Source of the DNA: an uncultured Actinomycetota bacterium
GTDB taxonomy: Bacteria > Actinomycetota > Actinomycetes > Propionibacteriales > Nocardioidaceae
Direction of reading: 5' to 3'
Length of the DNA: 64,000 nucleotides
Assembly (NCBI GenBank): GCA_963812235.1
Contig: CAWEUP010000022.1
Coordinates: 50,925-114,924, forward strand
A model generated the notes under the pieces. It had not been told where the DNA came from, did no database searches, and was given only the letters and a program-made list of their open reading frames with translations. Made by a program: the position numbers and the translations under genes. Below are positions 40,483-51,006 of the stretch, piece after piece. Positions within the stretch are counted from its first letter, which is position 1. Every line of letters starts with the position of its first letter.

Positions 40483-41866
40483 ATGAGCAGCCAGCCGATC
40501 GACTCCCACGAGCACCGCCAGCATGGTGTTCCGGCGGTGTTGGAGCGCCTGCGGGGCGAGGTCCGTGAGCTGGGTCAGACGCTGTGGGCAGCGCGGGGTC
40601 GTGACGAGCTGATGGACGGCGTCGCCGCGATCGAGACCCTCAAGGCAACGCTGGAGTCGGTCGAGCTCGCCATGGTCCGTGAGCTCGACGCGACGCACGC
40701 GGTCAAGGCGGTGGGGTGGGCCTCGACCCAGGACTTCGTCACCTCGGTCGCCGGTGGCCACAAAGGCACCGGACCCGCAGCGGTCCGACTCTCGGCCGCG
40801 TTGGAGACCCCGCTGCTCGGCCCCGGTCGCCGAGGCCCTGGGCGACGGCTGGCTCTCCACGACCAAGGCGCACGTGATCGAACGGGCCATCGACACCCTG
40901 CCCGGTGACCCCGACGTCCGCGCCCGCGCGGTGACGGTCCTGCTCGATCAGGCCAAGGCGCTGGATGCGACCGAGCTGCGCAAGCTCACCCACCGACTCC
41001 TGACCATCGTCGATCCCGACGGGGACGACCGTCGCGCCGAGCGCGAGCTGGACCGCCTCGAACGCGCCGCCCACCTGGGCCGGCACCTGACCGTCACCGA
41101 GGACCAGTGCGGCGGTGCCTGGATCAAAGGCCGCTGCAGCAGCGAGGACGCGGCCCTGATCAAGGCCACCCTGATCCCGCTGGCCGCACCCCATCCCGCG
41201 GCCCACCCCGGTGGTCGAGCAGCGAGCGCAGCGAGCGGACAGTCGAGACCCTGCGACCCGGCCACGTGTGACCTGCCAGGCTGCTGTCACGACGGACGCG
41301 ACCCCCGTGACCACGGCACCCGGATGCTCGACGCCCTGGTCGAGGGCTGCCGACCGGCTGCAGACCGCAGACCTGCTGCCCACCTCCCACGGCGCGGTCC
41401 CACGGCTGACCCTGCTGATGGGCCTGACCGATCTGCAAGAGCGTTCTGGGGTCGCGACCACCGAGACCGGGGAGCAGCTTTCACCGAGTGCGGTGCGACG
41501 GTTGTGCTGTGACGCCGAGGTCATCCCCGGCGTCCTCGGTGGCAGGTCCGAGGTCCTCGACGTCGGCCGCCTACGCCGCCTGGTCACCCCAGCGATCTGG
41601 AAGGCACTGGTCGCCCGGGACCAGCACTGCCGGTTCCCGCACTGCACCCGGCCGCCGCTGATGTGCCACGCCCACCACCTCGAGCACTGGATCAAGGGCG
41701 GCCCGACGTCGCTGGAGAACCTGATCTTGGTCTGCGGCCACCACCACCGCCTCATCCACGCCGCACCCTGGACCATCCGAAGAACCGGACCCGGCCGACT
41801 TCGCCTTCCACCCACCACCGCGGCGCCCGACGACACCCCGACGCACGACCGCCACCCGACCACTGA
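40483..41866 (+). CDS. DUF222 + HNH endonuclease (13E12-repeat-like), frameshifted; end approximate
   Basis: RRLCCDA, LDVGR, ALVARDQHCRFPHC, CHAHHLEHW..GGPT.LENL.LVC.HHH. Confidence 0.88.
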
Positions 41867-42067
41867 GACACCCGGCAGCGCCGTCGAGTCGTCCGTCGTG
41901 GGAGCCCCGACGAACCAGACGTGCCCAGCGGGACGGGTGGATCGGCCTCCGCCTGCTCGCCTCCCGGGCCGCACCCGCAGACCCCCGACGACAACCGTCC
42001 ACGGACAAGTAGGTGGAACCCGAGGCCATCGGCTCTGTCGCTGCCCGGTCTGTCGAGCCTGCGGGCG

Positions 42068-42712
42068 CTAGTCCAGCGCCAGGCCGCTGCGGTGGGCGAG
42101 CACTACTGCCTGCACCCGGTCGCGGACGCCGAGCTTGCTGAGGATGCGCGCCACGTGGGTCTTGACCGTCGTCTCGGCAAGGTAGAGCTCGCGGCTGATC
42201 TCGCTGTTGGAGAGCCCGCGCGCCATCGCGCGAAGCACGTCGAGCTCGCGCTCGGTGAGGTCGGCGATCTCCGCCACCGGCTCGCGGGGGCGGTTGACGT
42301 AGTTGTCGACCAGGCGCGTGATCACGCTCGGCCCCAGCCGGGTCTCGCCCTGGGCGCAGGCCTTCACCGCCGCCACCAGCTCCCGCGGCGGCGTCGTCTT
42401 GAGGAGGAAGCCGGCGGCACCCGCCCGCAGCGCGTCGACCACGTAGTCGTCGAGGTCGAACATGGTCAGGATCAGCACGCGTACTTCGGGCGCATGCATG
42501 CGCAGCGACTCGGTGGCGGCCAGCCCGTCGCCGCCGGGCATCTCGACGTCCATCAGCACCACGTCGGGCCTGGTCTCCCGGCAGAGCGAGACCGCGTGGG
42601 GCCCATCGACCGCCTCGCCGACGATCTCGACGTCGGGGTCGCTGGTCAGCACCGTCACCAGCCCCGCTCGCAACAGCTCGTTGTCGTCGACGACGACCAC
42701 CCGCACCGTCAT
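42068..42712 (-). CDS. NarL-family response regulator
   Basis: VVVVDD, DVVLMD, LTERE, ETTVKTHV..KLGVRDRVQAV. Confidence 0.95.
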   Translation of the reverse strand: MTVRVVVVDDNELLRAGLVTVLTSDPDVEIVGEAVDGPHAVSLCRETRPDVVLMDVEMPGGDGLAATESLRMHAPEVRVLILTMFDLDDYVVDALRAGAAGFLLKTTPPRELVAAVKACAQGETRLGPSVITRLVDNYVNRPREPVAEIADLTERELDVLRAMARGLSNSEISRELYLAETTVKTHVARILSKLGVRDRVQAVVLAHRSGLALD

Positions 42713-44313
42713 GGCGTCGCCTGCACGGCCCTGGCCGGAACCCGCGCCTGCAGCCGGAATCCATGGCCACCGGGCCCGGGTCCGGCGCTGAGCGAGCCAC
42801 CGGCCTGCGACACCCGCTCGTCGACCCCGATCAGGCCGTAGCCAGGCTGGTGGCGTGCGTCGGGCCCCGGCCCGTCGTCGGCGACGACGAGCTCGAGACC
42901 CTCGCGGTGTGACCGCACCAGGACGGACACCGCGGCTCCCGGAGCGTGGCGTACAGCGTTCGTCAGCCCCTCCTGCACGATGCGATAGGTCAGCGCGGCC
43001 AGTGCGGGATCGAGAGAGCCCTCCCGCTCCAGGCGGACCGTGGTGCCGGTGGCACGGATCCGCTCGACGAGGTCCTCAAGGCTCGACCCCTCACCCGTCG
43101 CCTCTCCGGGGAGCAGCCGGTCGATCTCAGACAGCGTTGCCGCGGCGGTGGACTCGATGATCTCGACACAGCGACGGGTGGCGTCGGGGTCGCGCGGCCA
43201 GGACAGCTCCGCGGCCCCCGCCTGCATCGCGATCAGCCCCACCGCGTGCGAGACGACGTCGTGGATCTCGCGGGCGAACGCGTGGCGCTCCTCGGTCACC
43301 GCCAGCTGTGCCGACTCTCGCAGGGTGCGCTCGTGCGTCCGGGCGCTGGCGGTGGCGCGGTGCCCGCGGACGCGGTTGAGGCGTACGGCGAGACCGAGCG
43401 CGGTCGCGACCCCGATGATCAGCCCGAACATGAAGGCGTTCTCCGGATCGTCGACCAGCCGGCTGTGCATGATCAGACCGACGAGCGTCGCCCACGTCAG
43501 GGGCGTGACCGTGCGGCCCGGTGCCGTGGCGGCGAGCGCCCAGGAGAGAGAGCCGACGGTCGCGATCGCCCAGAAGCCGCCACCGACCGGCGCGCCGAGG
43601 AGCGTGCCGAGTCCGAAGACCGCGGCGCACCACAGCGAGGCCGCCACCGGTGCGGTACGCCGCAGCACGATGCTCGCAGCAGCCAGCCCCGACAGGACAG
43701 CGCTGCCGACGAGGGTGATCGTCGAGCCAGCGCCGTCTCCGTACCCCTCGCTGATGAGGTAGGCCGGCACCTCGACCAGCGCCAGGGTGGCGATGCCGGC
43801 GGCGAACAGCAGCTCCCTGCGGGAGGGGTGGCTGGAGGCGCCGGTCTCGACGACCGGCACTGGGTCCGCCTCGCCGTCGCTGTCGTGATCACGCATCAGT
43901 CCGAGCTGGCGCCGCAGCTCGCTGGTGGCCCGCTGGGTGTGCGCCTGGATCCGCAGCAGGGCAGGCACCGGGTCGGCGGCACGGCCCGCCGCCAGCGCGT
44001 CGGCGTGCACCGAGGCCAGCGACTCACGCAGGCACCGGGCGATGTCGGTCGAGAGCCGAGCGCGCTCCTCCACCACGGCTGCCTGCGCGACCTCCTCCGG
44101 CCGCAACCGCCGTACGCCGGCCGCCCGCCGCTGTGCGTGACGCGCGCCCAGCCAGGCCACGGCGCCGAGCCGCAGCAGGTAGAGCAGGCAGGTCAACAGC
44201 ACCGCGGCGAAGACGCGGTCGATCACTGGTCGCGACGTCCACAGCGCCAGGCCCAGCCACCCCCCGAAGGTGGCTGCCACGAAGGCCGCATCGATGCGGG
44301 ACAACCGCGTCAT
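42709..44313 (-). CDS. HisKA_3 membrane sensor histidine kinase
   Basis: EER..AREIHDVVSH, YRIVQEGLTNAVRHA, DDGPG, GYGL.G. Confidence 0.9.
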   Translation of the reverse strand: MTRLSRIDAAFVAATFGGWLGLALWTSRPVIDRVFAAVLLTCLLYLLRLGAVAWLGARHAQRRAAGVRRLRPEEVAQAAVVEERARLSTDIARCLRESLASVHADALAAGRAADPVPALLRIQAHTQRATSELRRQLGLMRDHDSDGEADPVPVVETGASSHPSRRELLFAAGIATLALVEVPAYLISEGYGDGAGSTITLVGSAVLSGLAAASIVLRRTAPVAASLWCAAVFGLGTLLGAPVGGGFWAIATVGSLSWALAATAPGRTVTPLTWATLVGLIMHSRLVDDPENAFMFGLIIGVATALGLAVRLNRVRGHRATASARTHERTLRESAQLAVTEERHAFAREIHDVVSHAVGLIAMQAGAAELSWPRDPDATRRCVEIIESTAAATLSEIDRLLPGEATGEGSSLEDLVERIRATGTTVRLEREGSLDPALAALTYRIVQEGLTNAVRHAPGAAVSVLVRSHREGLELVVADDGPGPDARHQPGYGLIGVDERVSQAGGSLSAGPGPGGHGFRLQARVPARAVQATP

Positions 44314-44482
44314 GGCTTCACGATAGAGCCGCTCACGCATGGCGGGCGTCGTCCGTGAGGACGACCCGACGTCATCCGGGCGGCGTCCCAGGACGGTGGT
44401 CCGCGTACGACGCGCCGCGGGCCGGGTCGCTCCTAGCGTCGGACCGTCGTCGACCGCGACGGCCCCGACCGAGGAGGAAGTC

Positions 44483-45130
44483 ATGCATCTGTCCACCCAC
44501 CACAAGATCGCGCTGCCGGCCGCCGCCCTGACGTCCTGCATCGCCCTGTTCGACGCCGCGACCCATGGCCTGACCGGCGGCTACTCGTGGTTCGCCGACG
44601 ACTCGGGGGTCCGCCCGGCGCAGGTGTTCGGGTCGCTCGCCCACGGACTCGCCTACGTCGCGCTCTGCGTCGTGCTGGTGCGGGAGGCCACGTTGATCTC
44701 CGCCGCCGGCCGGGTCCAGGCGGTGCTGCGCTGGATCCTCGTCGGCAGCCTGGCGCTGCTCGCGGCCGGCTTCCTCTTCGTCGCGCCGTTCCTCGAGTCC
44801 CCCGAGACCGCGGGGACCGTCGGCGAGATCCTCGTTGTGCTGATGAGCGTCGGCTTCATCGGGATGATCCTGGGCAGCCTGATCCTCGGCCCGCTGCTGC
44901 TGCGTGCCCCGGGCCTGCGCACCGGCGCCCGGGTGCTCACGGCGATGGTCCCTGTCCTCGGGGTCACCCTCCTGCTGGCGTTCGTGGCCAGGGACTGGGC
45001 TCACCCGGCGTACCTCGAGACGGCGCTGCACTTCGGACTCGCGCTGCTCGGCGTCGACGCGGTGCGGAGGGGAAGCCGGGCCAGCACACCCATGCCTGCA
45101 GGTCGATCGCAGCAGCCGCTGGCGCGTTGA
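44483..45130 (+). CDS. Hypothetical multi-TM membrane protein, divergent from the two-component system
   Basis: GAGGAGG RBS; about 6 hydrophobic segments. Confidence 0.75.
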   Translation: MHLSTHHKIALPAAALTSCIALFDAATHGLTGGYSWFADDSGVRPAQVFGSLAHGLAYVALCVVLVREATLISAAGRVQAVLRWILVGSLALLAAGFLFVAPFLESPETAGTVGEILVVLMSVGFIGMILGSLILGPLLLRAPGLRTGARVLTAMVPVLGVTLLLAFVARDWAHPAYLETALHFGLALLGVDAVRRGSRASTPMPAGRSQQPLAR

Positions 45131-45188
45131 TCGCCACAGACGGCTCGGGCCTCGCGGGAGGGGCCCGAGCCCTCGGCCGAGAGACCGG

Positions 45189-45968
45189 CTACCTGCCCTG
45201 CCAGCGCGGCTCGCGCTTGGTGAGGAACGCGTCGATGCCCTCCTGGGCGTCGCAGGCGATCGCATTGCTCGCCATCGTCTCGGACATCAGGCTGTAGGCC
45301 TGAGCCTGGGGGACGTCGATCTGCTCGTAGAAGGCCTGTTTGCCGATCCCCATGGTCAGCGGGCTCGACGCCGCCAGCTTCTCGACGAGGTTCCAGACCT
45401 CGGCCTCGAGCTGATCCGCGGGGACGGCACGGTTGATCAGACCCCAGTCGACCGCGGTCGCGGCGTCGATCGGCTCACCGGTCAGCAGCATCTCCAGCGC
45501 ACGCTTGCGGCCCACGTTGCGACTGAGCGCCACCATCGGAGTCGAGCAGAACAGGCCGATGCGCACACCGGGGGTCAGGAACATCGTGGAGTCCGACGCC
45601 ACCGCGAGATCACAGGTGGCGACCAGCTGGCAGCCGGCTGCCGCCGCCACACCGTGGACCTGAGCGATGACCGGTTGGGGGATCTGCTGGACGGTCTGCA
45701 TCATCTCGGTGCAGACCTCGAAGATCTCGCGCTGCTCCTCGAGTGCGCGGTCGGTCATCTCGCGGAGGTTGTGACCCGAGGAGAAGATCTTGCCCGCGCC
45801 CCTGATCACGACGACGCGGATCTCCTCGTCCTTGGCGAGGACCTTGAGCTCGTGGCTCAGCGCACTCATCAGGGCGAGGGACAGCGGGTTGCGCTGGTCG
45901 GGGAGGTTCAACGTGACGATCGCGGCCGGCAACCGGCGCTCGACCGTGACCTGGTCCTCAGCCGTCAT
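45189..45968 (-). CDS. Enoyl-CoA hydratase/isomerase (ECHDC3-like)
   Basis: FSSGHNL, AAAAGCQLVATCDL, PGVRIGLFCSTP. Confidence 0.92.
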   Translation of the reverse strand: MTAEDQVTVERRLPAAIVTLNLPDQRNPLSLALMSALSHELKVLAKDEEIRVVVIRGAGKIFSSGHNLREMTDRALEEQREIFEVCTEMMQTVQQIPQPVIAQVHGVAAAAGCQLVATCDLAVASDSTMFLTPGVRIGLFCSTPMVALSRNVGRKRALEMLLTGEPIDAATAVDWGLINRAVPADQLEAEVWNLVEKLAASSPLTMGIGKQAFYEQIDVPQAQAYSLMSETMASNAIACDAQEGIDAFLTKREPRWQGR

Positions 45969-46061
45969 GTCGACCAATGTCCTGCTCCTCGGCTGCTACG
46001 TGCACGAACGGGCTCCGTACCGCCTGTGTAGCAAGCGACGCGACGCAGGGTCAAGCGACCG

Positions 46062-48515
46062 TCAGACCCTCAGGTCGTACCTCGGCCGCAGGCTGGCCCG
46101 GGCGGGGAGCCGTCGGTTCGCGACCTCGATCTCATAGCTGCCGCTCTCGTACCAGGCGCGCGGAGCCCCCGCCTCCGGCGCGTTGACGTAGCCCAGCGCG
46201 ACCGAGCGCCCCAGCGTGTGGCCGTACGCCGCGGACGCGACCCGGCCGACGAGGATGCCGTCGCGGTAGACGGGCTCGTCGTGCAGGAGCAGGGAAGTCT
46301 CATCCTCGAGGGCGAGATGGAGCAGCCTGCGCCGGACGCCGGCCTGCCGCTGAGCCAGGAGCGCCTCGCGACCGCGGAACCCTCCCGATTTGTCCCAGGC
46401 GACTGCGAAGCCCAGACCGGCCTCGAGCGGGGTGTCGCCGGCCGAGATGTCGTGACCCCAGCTGCGGTAGGCCTTCTCCAGGCGCAGCGAGTTGAGCGCG
46501 TAGTAGCCGGCGGGCCGCAGGCCGTGGGCCTGCCCTGCTCGGTGCAGCGTGTCCCAGACGTGGGCGGCGAGGTCGTAGGGCACCAGCAGCTCCCAGCCGA
46601 GCTCGCCGACGTAGCTGATCCGGGTGGCGCGGACGAAGCCGAGCCCCAGGTCGATCTCACGGGAGGCGCCGAACCCGAAGGCGTCGGGGGAGAGGTCGGC
46701 GTCGGTCAGCGGCTGGAGTAGGTCGCGTGACCGCGGCCCCATCACTGCGATCAGGGCCATCGTGCCGGACACGTCAGCGACGGTGGCGGCTCCGGGGAGC
46801 GACTTGCGCAACCAGTCCAGGTCCCGGTACGTCGAGGCCGGCGAGGTGAGCACGAGGTACTCGTTCGCCCCGGTGCGGGTGACGGTGACGTCCGCCTCGA
46901 TCCCGCCGCGGTCGTTGAGCCACTGGGTGTAGACGATCCGCCCTTCGGCCACGTCGATGTCGCCCGCGCAGACTCGTTGCAGCGCCGCGGTGGCCTCCGG
47001 CCCCTGGACCAGGAGCTTCCCGTACGTCGACAGGTCGAACATGCCGACCCCCGAGCGCACCGCCGTGTGCTCCTCGGCCGAGCGGGCGAACCAGGACGGA
47101 CGCCCCCAGGTCGGCTGCTCGTGGTGGTCATCGCCGGGCAGGGCGTACCAGTTCGGTCGCTCCCACCCCTTGAGCTCTCCGAAGACGGCCCCGGCCCGCT
47201 CGGTCGAGGCGTGCAGGAGGCTCAGGCGCAGAGGCCGTGCGCTGCGGCGCTGCTCGAAGGGCCAGTGCACGGAGTAGGCGAGGTCGAGGGTCTCCACGAC
47301 CCGCTCCTCGAGGAACCTGCGGTTGGTCTCGTGCGGCATGCTCCTCCGCGGGTCGACCTCCGGCAGGTCCACCGAGGGGTGACCGTCCACCAGCCAGTCG
47401 GCCAGCACCGAGCCGGCGCCGGGGCCGCTCAGCATGCCGACGGAGTTGAACCCTGCTGCGACCAGGTAGTTCCGCACGCCCAGGACCTCACCGAGGTGGT
47501 AGAGCCCGTCGGGGGTGAAGCTCTCCGGACCTCCGAAGAAGAGGCGTACGCCCGCGTCCGCCAGCGCCGGTATGCGCTCGGTCATCCGCTCGTAGAACGG
47601 TCCGAGGTGGTCCCAGTCCTCGGGCAGATGGATGAAGCCGGTGCTGTCCGGGATCCCGCGCGAGGCCCAGGCATAGCTGCCGGGCTCGAAGAAGCCGACC
47701 ATCAGCGACCCGGCGTCGTCCTTGACGTAGGAGTAGTCGTCCGCGCTCTTCAGGGTCGGCATCTGCTCGGGCAGGCCGTCGATCTTGTCGGTCACGACGT
47801 AGTAGTGCGCGAGCGCCTGCAGCGGGTGGGGTACGCCGGCCAGGGCGCCGGTCTCGCGGCCCCACATGCCGGTGCAGTTGACGACGAAGTCGGCCTCCAC
47901 GTCTCCGGCCGACGTCCGCACTCCGACTGCGTTGGTGTCGTGGACCACGATGTCGGTGACCTTCACGCCCTCGAGGAGACGCGCACCTCCGAGCCGTGCC
48001 CCGCGCGCGAGCGACATGGTGATGTCGGTGGCGGTGGCCCGCCCCTCGTCCGGGTAGTACAGCGAGCACAGCAGCCCGTCGGGCGACAGCAGCGGAAACC
48101 GTGCGACGGTGTCCTCGGGACCGAGCAGCTCCACCCGGATGTCGCTGCCGCGCGACGTCGACGCCTGCCGCACCAGCTCCTCTCGCCTGGCCTCGGTGAA
48201 GGCCAGGTGCATCGTCCCGGTCTGCTGGTAGCCGGTGGACAGGCCGGTCTCGGCCTCGAGGGTGCGGAAGACCTCCAGGCTGCGCCGGACGACCTCCCGA
48301 GTACCCGCCGTGGGCCTGGCCTGGGTGACCAGCCCGGCGGCATGCCAGGTGGTGCCGGAGGTGAGCGTGTTCTGCTCCAGGAGCAGCACGTCGGCCACCC
48401 CGCGCTTGGTCAGGTGGTAGGCCACGCTGCAACCGACGATCCCCCCGCCGACGACCACCACCTGGGCACGCCGCGGCACGCTCTCCCGCGTCTCTTGAGG
48501 CTGCGATGGCCTCAT
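46062..48515 (-). CDS. GcvT-family FAD-dependent oxidoreductase (dimethylglycine/sarcosine dehydrogenase-like)
   Basis: VVVGGGIVG, SGTTWHAAGL, GPESFTPD, GWERPNW, RISYVGELGWEL, LRLEKAY; start ATGA-coupled to the ALDH stop. Confidence 0.93.
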   Translation of the reverse strand: MRPSQPQETRESVPRRAQVVVVGGGIVGCSVAYHLTKRGVADVLLLEQNTLTSGTTWHAAGLVTQARPTAGTREVVRRSLEVFRTLEAETGLSTGYQQTGTMHLAFTEARREELVRQASTSRGSDIRVELLGPEDTVARFPLLSPDGLLCSLYYPDEGRATATDITMSLARGARLGGARLLEGVKVTDIVVHDTNAVGVRTSAGDVEADFVVNCTGMWGRETGALAGVPHPLQALAHYYVVTDKIDGLPEQMPTLKSADDYSYVKDDAGSLMVGFFEPGSYAWASRGIPDSTGFIHLPEDWDHLGPFYERMTERIPALADAGVRLFFGGPESFTPDGLYHLGEVLGVRNYLVAAGFNSVGMLSGPGAGSVLADWLVDGHPSVDLPEVDPRRSMPHETNRRFLEERVVETLDLAYSVHWPFEQRRSARPLRLSLLHASTERAGAVFGELKGWERPNWYALPGDDHHEQPTWGRPSWFARSAEEHTAVRSGVGMFDLSTYGKLLVQGPEATAALQRVCAGDIDVAEGRIVYTQWLNDRGGIEADVTVTRTGANEYLVLTSPASTYRDLDWLRKSLPGAATVADVSGTMALIAVMGPRSRDLLQPLTDADLSPDAFGFGASREIDLGLGFVRATRISYVGELGWELLVPYDLAAHVWDTLHRAGQAHGLRPAGYYALNSLRLEKAYRSWGHDISAGDTPLEAGLGFAVAWDKSGGFRGREALLAQRQAGVRRRLLHLALEDETSLLLHDEPVYRDGILVGRVASAAYGHTLGRSVALGYVNAPEAGAPRAWYESGSYEIEVANRRLPARASLRPRYDLRV

Positions 48516-50023
48516 TCGGCGCTGCCGGGGTAGCACTCCTCGTCGGCGTAGGGGAACCACCAGAAGTCCTGGGCGTTGGCCGCGGGGTCCACCATCACGA
48601 GCTTGGTGTGCCGGAACTGGTCGAGGCCCTCGGCGCCGAGCTGGCGCCCGGTGCCGGACAGCTTGCGTCCTCCGAAGGGACCGGCGTCGTTGTCCAGCAG
48701 CGGCGCGTTCACCCACACCATCCCCGACTCGAGTCCGTTGGTCGCCTGGGACACCTCGAGAAGGTCGCGGGAGTACAGCGTCGCCCCGAGGCCGTAGTCG
48801 GAGTCGTTGGCGAGCCGCATCGCCTCCTCGAAGCTCTCGACCCGGACGAGAGGCGCGACCGGACCGAAGCTCTCGGTGTGCATGATCTCCATCTCGGGGG
48901 TGACGTCGAGGAGCACGGTGGGCTCGTAGAACCAGCCGGTCTCCAACCCCTGGGGCCGACCTCCGCCGCACGCGACGGTGGCGCCCTGTTCGACCGCCCG
49001 GTCGACGATCCCGGTGAAGCGCTGGTACTCCGCCTGGTTGACCATCGGCCCCATGTCCACCTTGTCGAGACCGTTCCCGACGCGGATGGCCCGAGCCTCC
49101 TCGACGAGCCGGGCGGCGAAGTCGTCGTACACGTCGGTGTGCACGTAGAAGCGCTCGGCCGACGTGCAGACCTGACCGCAGTTGAGGTACGCCGCGAAGG
49201 CGGCGCCGCGGGCGGCTACGTCGAGCGGGGCCGAGGGCATCACCAGGAACGGGTCGTTGCCCGAGGTCTCGATGAGGTGGGGCTTGAAGGTCTCCGCGCA
49301 GGCGCGAGCCACCGCGCGCCCGGTGGGAACGCTGCCGGTGAAGGCGACCATGTGGGAGTTGCGGCTCTCGACCAGACGGGCGCCGACCCGGCCTCGTCCG
49401 GTGACGCACTGCACGATCCCGGGACCGAGCTCCTCGAAGGCCTCGACGAACCGGAGCGTGCTCAGGCTGGTGTACTCCGACGGCTTGACGACCACGGAGT
49501 TGCCGGAGGCGAGCGCCGCCGCCGCCTCCCAGCAGAGCAGCACGAAGGGGAAGTTGAAGGGCAGGATGACGGCCACCACGCCCATCGGCTCCTTCAGGGT
49601 GTAGTGCATCTGGCCGGCCACAGCCGGTCCGAGCACGTGGCCGGTGTCGTGCCTTCCGATCTCGGCGTAGTAGTCGATGGCCGTGATCGACCAGTCGACC
49701 TCGTCGGCGCTCTCCTTGTAGGTCTTGCCCATCTCGCGGGTCATCAGCTCGGCCAGCTCGGTGCGCATCCCCCGCAGCGTCTGGGCGACGCCGTGGAGCC
49801 GTTCGGCCCGCTCCAGGGCTGAGAGTCGCCACCAGGCCGGCCAGGCGCCGTTCGCGACGGCGAGGGCCTCATCGACCTCCTCGTCGGTGGCGTCGGCCAC
49901 CTCGCCGAGCACCTCCTCCGTGGCCGGGTCGTAGACCGTCCACGGCTCGCCATGGCTCTCTCGGAGCTTGCCGTCGAGGTACAGGGCGCGGCTCAGTCGG
50001 CTCATCTGCTGGGGAACGGCCAT
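48512..50023 (-). CDS. Aldehyde dehydrogenase
   Basis: PFNFP, FTGS, ETSGNDP, NCGQVCTS, ESFGPV, PFGG.K.SG. Confidence 0.95.
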   Translation of the reverse strand: MAVPQQMSRLSRALYLDGKLRESHGEPWTVYDPATEEVLGEVADATDEEVDEALAVANGAWPAWWRLSALERAERLHGVAQTLRGMRTELAELMTREMGKTYKESADEVDWSITAIDYYAEIGRHDTGHVLGPAVAGQMHYTLKEPMGVVAVILPFNFPFVLLCWEAAAALASGNSVVVKPSEYTSLSTLRFVEAFEELGPGIVQCVTGRGRVGARLVESRNSHMVAFTGSVPTGRAVARACAETFKPHLIETSGNDPFLVMPSAPLDVAARGAAFAAYLNCGQVCTSAERFYVHTDVYDDFAARLVEEARAIRVGNGLDKVDMGPMVNQAEYQRFTGIVDRAVEQGATVACGGGRPQGLETGWFYEPTVLLDVTPEMEIMHTESFGPVAPLVRVESFEEAMRLANDSDYGLGATLYSRDLLEVSQATNGLESGMVWVNAPLLDNDAGPFGGRKLSGTGRQLGAEGLDQFRHTKLVMVDPAANAQDFWWFPYADEECYPGSAE

Positions 50024-50131
50024 CAAGGGGACCTCCGGTCGGCGGGTGCGTCACTCGCGAAACTACGGTCCGGGGGAGCACTGCCGCAATCATCCTGGGT
50101 GGGAAAGCGAGACCGGATCTGTCGGGTGTCG

Positions 50132-50834
50132 TCAGGCACCATCCGCGGGAGGCGGTGAGGTGACCCCTGGCCCTGTGCTCTCGTCGCGCAGCGAGCTCCA
50201 GGCGGCGCGCACGTGGGAGCGCATCACGGACTCAGCCCAGGCTGGATCCTGCGATCGGAGGGCGCCGACCAGCTCGTGATGGTGGGCGAGGCTGCGGCGC
50301 ATCGCTTCCGGTGAGTAGTGCGAGAAGGTCCGCCAGACGAGCGGCACCTCGACGACCGACGACACCAGGTTCACCAGGCGGCTGTTCCCGGACGCCTCCA
50401 GCACCGTCCGGTGGAACTGGTTGTTCAGCCTGGTCACCTCGACGAGGTCCGGCTGGGCGCGACGTGCGGCCTGGTCCATCTGGTCGGCCAGCTGGCCCAA
50501 CAGGTCGAGGTCGGCACGTCCGGACTCGGCGGCGAGCGCACTGCCCCAGGGCTCGAGCACCGAACGGATGCTGAAGATCTCATCGAGGTCGTGCTCGCTC
50601 CAGACCGCGACGCGCACGCCGCGGTTCCGCTCGTGGCGCACCAGTCCCTCTGCGGCGAGACGGCGGAGGGCCTCCCGGACGGGGGTCCGGCTGACGCCGG
50701 CCTCCGCAGCGAGCTCGACCTCGCGCAACCACTCGCCGCCGGCGCGTTCCCCGGAGAGGATCTGGTCGCGGATGGACCGGTAGCGTGTGCTCGGCCGCAT
50801 CTCCGGCGTCGAAGTCGGCGGTCTGTGTGTTCAT
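50132..50834 (-). CDS. GntR (FCD) transcriptional regulator, 5' frameshift
   Basis: GVSRTPVREALRRL HTH; NNQFH..ASGN FCD domain. Confidence 0.9.
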
Positions 50835-50875
50835 CGTGTCGCTCAAGGTAACAGCGCGGGAGAGGCGCGACCAGG

Positions 50876-50986
50876 AACTGTATGCAAGTTGTTCGACAGA
50901 TCTTGACGGAGGTTGGGGTGGCAGCCTAGGTTTTCGGGAGAGGCGCGTGACGGGCGTCACTAAAGGTCTGAAACTGTATACACATT
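50876..50986. promoter_or_regulatory. Two GntR-type operators and a CRP-like site in the divergent promoter
   Basis: AACTGTATGCA (50876-) and AACTGTATACA (50972-); GTGA-N6-TCAC at 50947-50960. Confidence 0.6.
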
Positions 50987-51006
50987 GGGAGTTATCGCGA
51001 GTGACG

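Noticed and set aside
46062-49832. 1256-aa ORF suggesting a giant fusion protein
   Set aside because: The first ~440 aa are an alternate-frame shadow of the ALDH gene; the real start is the ATGA overlap at 48515.
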